Program-made: the position numbers and the translations under genes
Origin: Candidatus Heimdallarchaeota archaeon
GTDB taxonomy: Archaea > Asgardarchaeota > Heimdallarchaeia > Heimdallarchaeales > Kariarchaeaceae
Direction: 5' to 3'
DNA: 32,000 nucleotides
Assembly (NCBI GenBank): GCA_030149205.1
Contig: JASBSB010000004.1
Coordinates: 120,001-152,000, forward strand
Notes under the pieces: model-generated
What the model was told of the DNA's origin: nothing
What the model saw: only the letters and a program-made list of their open reading frames with translations
Databases searched by the model: none
Part shown: one piece after another, positions 25,605-32,000 of the stretch
How positions within the stretch are numbered: the first letter of the stretch is position 1
How the letters are laid out: each line of letters starts with the position of its first letter

Positions 25605-26303
25605 TTATTGAAATGAACTTTCATCAAAACCAGAATCTAAGTTTTGACTGTTGATAGATAGATATGAATAGATCTTTCTCTCCTTAAACCATTTGCTTGC
25701 TTCATCCACCTTTGTATAGAGCTCATCCAGCTCATTCAAAAAGTTTGAAATTTCAAGTGCAATCGATCCAAAATTGGTTTGTTCTCTTATTTCCTTTGAC
25801 CACCCACGTTTTTCCTCCTCTGGTAATTCGTCAGCAGCAAAGGGTATGAATTCAATTTCAAATGAATTTTCAATCTGTCCAGTCAGCATAAAAAGTGGTT
25901 TTTCATTTTCTGAATCCGTTTCAACCTTAACACTCATATCATTCCACTGAGTGATCAAAAATTCTTCTGCCTGAACAAATTTCCTGGTTACATATTCAAG
26001 TTCCACATCCATCTCCATTTCTAGTTTATATGTTAGATAGGAGATTCCTTTAGTGTTGTAACCGATCTGTTTTTGGACATTAATTGTTAGTTCAAAGGGA
26101 AACAATGAATTGACCAAAATGATGTTAAATTCCGCTTGATCTGGGGTTATTGAGATGTTATCCAATTGATAGTTGTCTAACCATTCAAATTTCTTAGCAT
26201 TTCTAAAAAAATAGTTTGCAATTGATATTACATAGTCCTTAGGCTCTGATAACTCATAACCTAGCCCTCCAAAAATTTCATCAGTTAATGTCGTAACATC
26301 CAA
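25605..26303 (-). CDS. Hypothetical acidic protein
   Basis: 232-aa ORF with TTG start that fills the gap between tpiA and the C45 peptidase; no motif recognised. Confidence 0.65.
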   Translation of the reverse strand: MDVTTLTDEIFGGLGYELSEPKDYVISIANYFFRNAKKFEWLDNYQLDNISITPDQAEFNIILVNSLFPFELTINVQKQIGYNTKGISYLTYKLEMEMDVELEYVTRKFVQAEEFLITQWNDMSVKVETDSENEKPLFMLTGQIENSFEIEFIPFAADELPEEEKRGWSKEIREQTNFGSIALEISNFLNELDELYTKVDEASKWFKERKIYSYLSINSQNLDSGFDESSFQ

Positions 26304-26406
26304 TTTACATCAATTCAGCATTAATTTCATAGTTTAAATATAAATCGTTAACTCTAAAAGAATCAGATTCCTTTTAGGGATTAGTTTAACAATTCAAAGT
26401 CTTGCC

Positions 26407-27432
26407 TTATACTTCATTATTGACCATTCTAATGGTCTCAAACTCATTTTCTAAAGGTGACCCATGAGAAAATGTAAATTGCAGGTTCATTAAGTCCATA
26501 ATTATTGTGCAAACTGTTCCAGCATCGCCGATGATTTCATCAGGGATATAGGTTCGACAGATGGGTAAAGTCATATTTCCACGGTCTAATAGAATATCCT
26601 TCATCTGTTCAATAGATAGGGAATGGGCTTGTTTTACCAGCTCATTTACTCTTCTGAACCTAGAAAAAGAACTTTGAAACTCTGATTCTTCATTTACATC
26701 AACAGTTAGGTAATGATTAGTGTGAAACCATACTGGTTCAATTGAATTATTGATAAATAGATTCTCCCCATAAAATTCAAGATTAACGCATCCAAGATTT
26801 TTATCTGCAAATATTATATTGCTTGATTTCCCCTTCTCATATTTTTTGATTTGCTGTACTCCATAATCAAGTGTGTCACTTTCGATTAAAACACGTAACA
26901 AAACATGAAATGGGATACCATACTGTTTTTGGTTAGAAAGCAGTATGTTCAGTGTGACACCTAATCCATGATTATTCATTCCAATTTTTCCGATAATTCC
27001 CGGTTCTGTTAACATTATGAATCTTTTGTTCGGCAGTGTAACATCAAGAACCACAATTAAGCTTTCAAGTTGCTTTGCCCAGTCCCAGTTTTGAGCCAAG
27101 ATTCCTTGGTCTTTGAAGTACACAGCAGTGCACTCATTCTTGAATAATCCTAAAAGTTCTGTACGAGAGTTTAAGGCAACAATCCATTCTATCTGAAGAT
27201 TTGAACCCTCAGCAATTCCTTGCATCTCTTCAAATAGGTGAGGCAACTCATTTTGAATAGCTTTTGAAAATGGTTGTACAGCTTTGAAAATAGTTTCCTG
27301 TGAAGAGTTGAACAACGATTCATAGAAGGACTTAACACCCCAGATCCTTTCTTTAAGTTTTGTACCAATTAACTTTCCAAGTTCAAAATAACTTGTTGCA
27401 TTTAGTTTAATTACGGGAACCTTATTGTTCAC
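26407..27432 (-). CDS. Peptidase C45 / acyl-CoA:6-APA acyltransferase-like Ntn hydrolase
   Basis: EMQGIAEGS, LNSRTEL, NECT (autoprocessing Cys), LAQNWDW, GKIGMNNHGL, HTNHY, S..R..R. Confidence 0.88.
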   Translation of the reverse strand: MNNKVPVIKLNATSYFELGKLIGTKLKERIWGVKSFYESLFNSSQETIFKAVQPFSKAIQNELPHLFEEMQGIAEGSNLQIEWIVALNSRTELLGLFKNECTAVYFKDQGILAQNWDWAKQLESLIVVLDVTLPNKRFIMLTEPGIIGKIGMNNHGLGVTLNILLSNQKQYGIPFHVLLRVLIESDTLDYGVQQIKKYEKGKSSNIIFADKNLGCVNLEFYGENLFINNSIEPVWFHTNHYLTVDVNEESEFQSSFSRFRRVNELVKQAHSLSIEQMKDILLDRGNMTLPICRTYIPDEIIGDAGTVCTIIMDLMNLQFTFSHGSPLENEFETIRMVNNEV

Positions 27433-27528
27433 AATTTCTATTAATTGCTTCCTTAATGTATGTTGGTATTATCTCTAATAGCTCTTTTGGATTTATTAGA
27501 AACTTTAGAATCAGGCATCTTATTACAA

Positions 27529-28761
27529 TTATTCTCTATTGACCCTAAGCTTAAGATAAATGGTGTATAGAAATGTTGGAAGTGCAATTACCAGCGCTAC
27601 AATAAATGTGCCATTTGGGTTAATCTTATAGAAGTAAGGTGATAGATAGTTCGAAATCGCTGTCCCCAGGATACTCATTGATGATATAACACCAAATGCA
27701 AAGGAAAATTCATTCCGATTTACATTTTTTCCAAGTGCAGTTATCTCCATGGTAAAATAAGTTGACGTAGAGAGGTTCAACAAAACAAAGCCAAGTATAA
27801 AGAATATAACACCGTAATTTGAAAATATCACTGAAATAGAACCTAAAACAGCAATAAACCAACCCAACATCCGAATATCCTCATCTTTCACATAATCATA
27901 CAACTTGCCTACCAACGGTGCCCAAAATACCTGAACCAGTGGTCCTAAACCCACAATAAATCCAACAAAGGTTAAATCCAATTTAAGTATGTTATATCCA
28001 TAAACTGCGTAGACTGAGGATACCATGCCATACATTAGTCCAGCTAAAGTAAAAAGACTCAAGGCAATTATAACTCCATCTTTTCTAAAGACACTTAGCT
28101 GTAATTTTCTGGAACCATTAACTGGAGAATAATCTGTTTCATTAACTAGATTTGGGAATTTCCTCGAAAACAACTTTGGCATTCGTTCAATTATGAAAAG
28201 GAATATGAGTAGATCCGAGACTACCAAGATAAATCCTAGGATTACAATAAATTTTGGCTGAAAATGATCTAATGAATATGCAAACACATAGGGCCCTGAA
28301 AAGCTACCAAGACCAACCATTGCAGATAACAACCCATTTTTCAGTCCTCTGTCTCGTTTAGCAGCAGAGACTATTGCTCTTCCTGTCATTGCAAAAGTGT
28401 TGACACCAAACCTGATGAGACTCAGTGCTAAAGCAAAAATTAGAGGGATGTTAAAGAAGTAAATTAAAGCTAATGAAATTAAGAATATGGTATAACCAAG
28501 AGCAAAGGCTTTCAGACGACCTATTTTATCTGAAAGAAGACCAGCAGGAAGTCTTGATATTGCACCAAAGAAGAAAGCTATAGAACCTATCTCTGACCAT
28601 AGTTGAACTGTCTGAACATCATTCAAGTGGAATTCAAGCTGAAGAAAAAGGGGAAAACTTCCAAAAAATCCACGGAATATGAGGAATCCTAATAGATATG
28701 GAATTAATACAGGAGAAATCTCATACAGTGAAATTAAGCTCGTTGATTCCCCATCACTCAT
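27529..28761 (-). CDS. MFS transporter
   Basis: About 12 TM; AGLLSDKIGR and GKLYDYVK motif A copies. Confidence 0.85.
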   Translation of the reverse strand: MSDGESTSLISLYEISPVLIPYLLGFLIFRGFFGSFPLFLQLEFHLNDVQTVQLWSEIGSIAFFFGAISRLPAGLLSDKIGRLKAFALGYTIFLISLALIYFFNIPLIFALALSLIRFGVNTFAMTGRAIVSAAKRDRGLKNGLLSAMVGLGSFSGPYVFAYSLDHFQPKFIVILGFILVVSDLLIFLFIIERMPKLFSRKFPNLVNETDYSPVNGSRKLQLSVFRKDGVIIALSLFTLAGLMYGMVSSVYAVYGYNILKLDLTFVGFIVGLGPLVQVFWAPLVGKLYDYVKDEDIRMLGWFIAVLGSISVIFSNYGVIFFILGFVLLNLSTSTYFTMEITALGKNVNRNEFSFAFGVISSMSILGTAISNYLSPYFYKINPNGTFIVALVIALPTFLYTIYLKLRVNRE

Positions 28762-28939
28762 TATTCATAAAAAAATTTTGACTTAAATATTAGTTCGATA
28801 AGACCCAAAACCTTGTGTTAATTCATGTTAATTTAAACTTTGAAAATTCAATAAACAATTACAAGATAATTGCCGAAAATTGTAAATAAGGATTAAAGTG
28901 AGATATGTAAATTACAAAATATCAAAACAAAAATTTAAT

Positions 28940-29863
28940 TTATAGTTTTAATGATTTTCGTTTTTTAATGAAAATGAATGTTACAAAAGCTAATCCAAAG
29001 AATAAAGAAAATTCATTTACAGGTGCTGGAGCAGATGAAGATTTGATTGGTGCAAACCATTGAGCTGCGATTTTGTTGTATTCACTGTTTGCTCCACCAG
29101 CAAGAAGTGACTTTAATGCATCGTTGATTGCATTTAAGAGAGTTGTTTCCCCTTTTCTAACTGCAATTCCGAACTGTTCCACACTTCCGAATTTTGCGAC
29201 AACTTCACCTTTAACAGCTCCAGTTGAAGCTGCATAGCCTATAACTGGTAAATCTCCGAGGATTACATCAATTTCCTTGGTGTCAAGTTTCAAATATAAG
29301 TCTGAGAAGTTTTTCAACCTTACAATATTTGTTGAGGTATTTCCTAGCAACTTTGAAATAAAAATATCACTTGTGGTTCCTGTTTGAACACCAATTTTTA
29401 CGTTCTTAGTTTTAAGATCATCAGTTGTATGAATACCCTTGGGATTGCCGTTTTGAACAAGTATAGCCTGTGAAGAATTATAATAAGGTATAGAGAAATC
29501 AACAAGTTTTGCTCTATCTGCTGTAATTGTCATTGCAGAGATTATAACATCAAACTGCTTAGAGTTTAAAGATGGGATAATTGTATCCCAAACTACGGTC
29601 TTAAATTCTACAGAAACTCCCATCTTCTGTCCAATTGCATTCCCTAAGCTTACATCAAATCCAACAGCCTTACCAGATGAATTGAGGAATTCAAAAGGGG
29701 CGTACGTTGTATCACTACCAACAATCATTTTACCAGCAGCTTTTATATCTGCTAATTGGTCAGCATGTATTGTTGCTGGAGTGATCATGATCATTATCAA
29801 AAATAATGAAATTGTTAAAAATAGTTTTCTTTTCATATTTTCACCATTTAGGTAGATAAGCAT
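28940..29863 (-). CDS. Polar amino-acid ABC transporter substrate-binding protein with C-terminal membrane anchor
   Basis: Signal peptide from ATG 29836 (no lipobox Cys); YAPFEF, GFDV, WDTIIPSL, MTITADRAKLVDFSIPY, FGIAVRKG; C-terminal hydrophobic helix followed by KKRK. Confidence 0.92.
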   Translation of the reverse strand: MLIYLNGENMKRKLFLTISLFLIMIMITPATIHADQLADIKAAGKMIVGSDTTYAPFEFLNSSGKAVGFDVSLGNAIGQKMGVSVEFKTVVWDTIIPSLNSKQFDVIISAMTITADRAKLVDFSIPYYNSSQAILVQNGNPKGIHTTDDLKTKNVKIGVQTGTTSDIFISKLLGNTSTNIVRLKNFSDLYLKLDTKEIDVILGDLPVIGYAASTGAVKGEVVAKFGSVEQFGIAVRKGETTLLNAINDALKSLLAGGANSEYNKIAAQWFAPIKSSSAPAPVNEFSLFFGLAFVTFIFIKKRKSLKL

Positions 29864-30054
29864 ATTTCGAACACTATATAAATATTTGAGGTATAGTTTG
29901 AATTTCTATATAAAATTTACTAATTCATTGTAAAGAATCAAATTAATTAAAGCAAATTAGAACAAATGAATATTTTCTCAAAATAATTTCTCATATCAAC
30001 TCTTTAGGTTCCAATTATCAGAAAAGGATTAAAATAGAAAACTGACTCGTATCA

Positions 30055-30843
30055 ATGGTAACTCCATATGATATAATCGCGGCATTTTTTCATAATGTAT
30101 ATTTATCGCTGGTTAGTATATATGTGTTTTTCATACAATATGCTCCACTTTTATGGCAAGGATTCTTAATAACACTTCAAATCAGTGCATTTTCAATCAT
30201 GTTTGGAGTTGTGTTAGGTGTTTTTGCTGCATTAATGAAAATTTCGTCAAATGTTATTCTACGTTCTCTTGCAACAGGATATATTGAAATCTTTAGAGGA
30301 ACCCCATTGGTGGTACAAATACTCTTTATAGCCTTTGGGTACCCGTTACTTTTACAAAATGTATTTAATGTGAATTTAGTCGCTGGTTCTTGGAACAATC
30401 CGACTGGTTTTTGGAAAGCTATCATGGCTTTAAGCTTAAATACTGGTGCATATCAAGCTGAAATTATTCGAGCTGGGATTTCAAGCATACCAAAGGGACA
30501 AATGGAAGCAGCAAGATCTGTTGGTTTAACTTATGGGGAAGCAATGAGGCACATTATCCTTCCTCAAGCATTTAGAATAATTACTCCTCCACTTACTAAT
30601 GAATTTATTAACATAGTCCTAAACAGTAGTCTAGTAATTTTAATTCCAGTTCAGGATTTAACTTTCTGGGGAAATCAAATTGTTTCGGCGACCTTCAGGG
30701 TAATGGAAACATGGACAATAGTAGGGGGTTTATATTTTTCAATGACCTTACTCCTTTCTCGGTTATTCCAGTATCTAGAAGAAAAGTATAGAATTCCTGG
30801 AGTTGGGTTTTCAACAAAGGGTGGAACTCCCAGATTAGCTTAG
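30055..30843 (+). CDS. Polar amino-acid ABC transporter permease
   Basis: YIEIFRGTPLVVQI; EAA loop AYQAEIIRAGISSIPKGQMEAARSVG; ILPQAFR. Confidence 0.95.
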   Translation: MVTPYDIIAAFFHNVYLSLVSIYVFFIQYAPLLWQGFLITLQISAFSIMFGVVLGVFAALMKISSNVILRSLATGYIEIFRGTPLVVQILFIAFGYPLLLQNVFNVNLVAGSWNNPTGFWKAIMALSLNTGAYQAEIIRAGISSIPKGQMEAARSVGLTYGEAMRHIILPQAFRIITPPLTNEFINIVLNSSLVILIPVQDLTFWGNQIVSATFRVMETWTIVGGLYFSMTLLLSRLFQYLEEKYRIPGVGFSTKGGTPRLA

Positions 30844-31593
30844 GTGATTGAAGTGACGAGTCTTTTAGAAATTAAAAATCTTGTAAAAACATACAGCAAA
30901 CAACCAGAGCCAGCTTTGGATGATGTTTCAATTAAAGTAGAAAAAGGTGAGGTTGTGGTAATTATAGGTGCATCAGGGTCTGGAAAATCAACGTTACTCA
31001 GGTGCATAAACAGATTAGTTGAGCCAAATGAAGGTGAAATATTGTTAGAAGGTGAAAATATTTTAGATCCAACTTACAATGTAAATGTCCTTCGACAAAA
31101 TGTTGGAATGGTTTTTCAGTCCTTTAATCTCTTTTCGCACCTCACGGTGATAAAGAATTTGACGTTAGGGTTAACCAAAGTTAAAGGAATACCAATCGAT
31201 GAGGCGACCAACGTGGCAATGGACATACTAGAAAGGGTGGATCTTGCAGATAAAGCAGATAATTATCCAGCAGAACTTTCTGGTGGGCAACAACAAAGGG
31301 TAGGTATAGCAAGAGCACTTGCTATGAGCCCTAAACTTATGTTGTTCGATGAACCCACCTCTGCTTTGGATCCAGAGTTAGTGGGAGAAATTATTAGCAT
31401 AATGTTAAGCCTTGCTAAAGAACATATGACAATGCTCGTGGTTACTCACGAAATTGGTTTTGCAAGAGAGGCTGCAGATCGAATAATTTACATGGACAAG
31501 GGTAAAATAATTGAGGAACAACCGGGAAATAAACTATTAACTGACCCTCAGCATCCTCGAACTAAGCAATTCTTGCAAAGAATTAGGAAATGA
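30844..31593 (+). CDS. Polar amino-acid ABC transporter ATP-binding protein (GlnQ-like)
   Basis: GASGSGKST, MVFQSFNLF, LSGGQQQRV, LFDEPTSALDPEL, VTHE. Confidence 0.96.
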   Translation: MIEVTSLLEIKNLVKTYSKQPEPALDDVSIKVEKGEVVVIIGASGSGKSTLLRCINRLVEPNEGEILLEGENILDPTYNVNVLRQNVGMVFQSFNLFSHLTVIKNLTLGLTKVKGIPIDEATNVAMDILERVDLADKADNYPAELSGGQQQRVGIARALAMSPKLMLFDEPTSALDPELVGEIISIMLSLAKEHMTMLVVTHEIGFAREAADRIIYMDKGKIIEEQPGNKLLTDPQHPRTKQFLQRIRK

Positions 31594-31648
31594 CAATCTT
31601 TTCAAACCAATACCATTTACTTTAAGAAAAATCAGAAAATTGAAACTT

Positions 31649-32000
31649 ATGATCTTCTTATTGTTAGCAGGTCTCTTAGGTGCATTGGGTGTTGGAATTG
31701 GGGCATTTGGTGCTCATATTTTGAAGAGTTCAGTCACCCCTGAAATGTTGAGTATTTATGAGACTGGAGTGTTGTATCATTTAGTGCATTCAGTAGTATT
31801 ACTGGTTATTGCGTTTGCACTTGAAGGAAACCTCCTGAATTCTGAAAAACCTTTGTTGCAAATCTCTTTTTGGTCAATTTTTACTGGTATTATTATATTT
31901 TCAGGGTCGTTATACCTCTTGGTAATTATCAATCAGAGATGGTTAGGAGCAATAACTCCAATCGGAGGTGTAGCATTTATTGTTGGATGGCTGATTCTAG
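31649..32000 (+). CDS. DUF423/TMEM256-family small membrane protein, 3'-truncated
   Basis: Manual translation: GALGVGIGAFGAH...YETGVLYHLVH...FSGSLY...LGAITPIGGVAFIVGW; runs off the window end. Confidence 0.88.
   Translation, partial: MIFLLLAGLLGALGVGIGAFGAHILKSSVTPEMLSIYETGVLYHLVHSVVLLVIAFALEGNLLNSEKPLLQISFWSIFTGIIIFSGSLYLLVIINQRWLGAITPIGGVAFIVGWLIL

Noticed and set aside
1124-30425. Short opposite-strand or nested ORFs in the track (1124, 2062, 2654, 3107, 3524, 6392, 7102, 7475, 8249, 8725, 9921, 11029, 14718, 15147, 15453, 16308, 17598, 18984, 19875, 21998, 25369, 30177)
   Set aside because: Each overlaps a longer gene with clear family motifs and has no recognisable motif of its own; treated as shadow ORFs.
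31590-31625. ATG overlapping the ABC ATPase stop as the start of the DUF423 gene
   Set aside because: Out of frame with DUF423 and terminates after 11 codons; ATG 31649 (or TTG 31640) was used instead.

Overview
AT-rich, densely coding archaeal window. The lineage is most consistent with Asgard archaea (Heimdallarchaeia-like); this is inferred from a longin-like domain protein, a long TPR/helical-repeat protein, TATA boxes close to start codons and an archaeal PhoU/TrkA-C plus MgtE-like gene set, not from any marker gene. Left third: a scrambled archaeal-type chemotaxis cluster (cheA, cheB, cheC, cheD, cheW, two cheY; no chemoreceptor, cheR, cheF or archaellum gene in the window). It is interleaved with a PhoU/TrkA-C protein, two MgtE-like membrane proteins, an MFS transporter and a NOL/NYC1-like SDR, and its CheW carries an extra Rho-N/HeH-like tail. 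Middle: alpha/beta hydrolase, a MIT-like + longin-like fusion, a repeat membrane protein, a DECD-variant DEAD-box helicase, a TPR protein, Nudix and HAD enzymes. At about 19.2-23.5 kb is a carotenoid cluster (crtB, crtI, membrane lycopene cyclase) with a CarH-like B12-binding regulator that has a winged HTH instead of a MerR domain. Three near-copies of a 14-bp palindrome (TAGTTCATGAACTA) lie at gene 5' ends in this cluster, two of them next to an apparently bidirectional TATA box. This putative light-responsive regulon is the best candidate for an undescribed system. It is followed by a 730-bp non-coding island, an unusual TPI, a C45 peptidase, an MFS transporter, a polar amino-acid ABC transporter and a partial DUF423 gene. 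No rRNA, tRNA, CRISPR array or transposase was recognised. All family calls come from motif recognition by eye; no database search was run.
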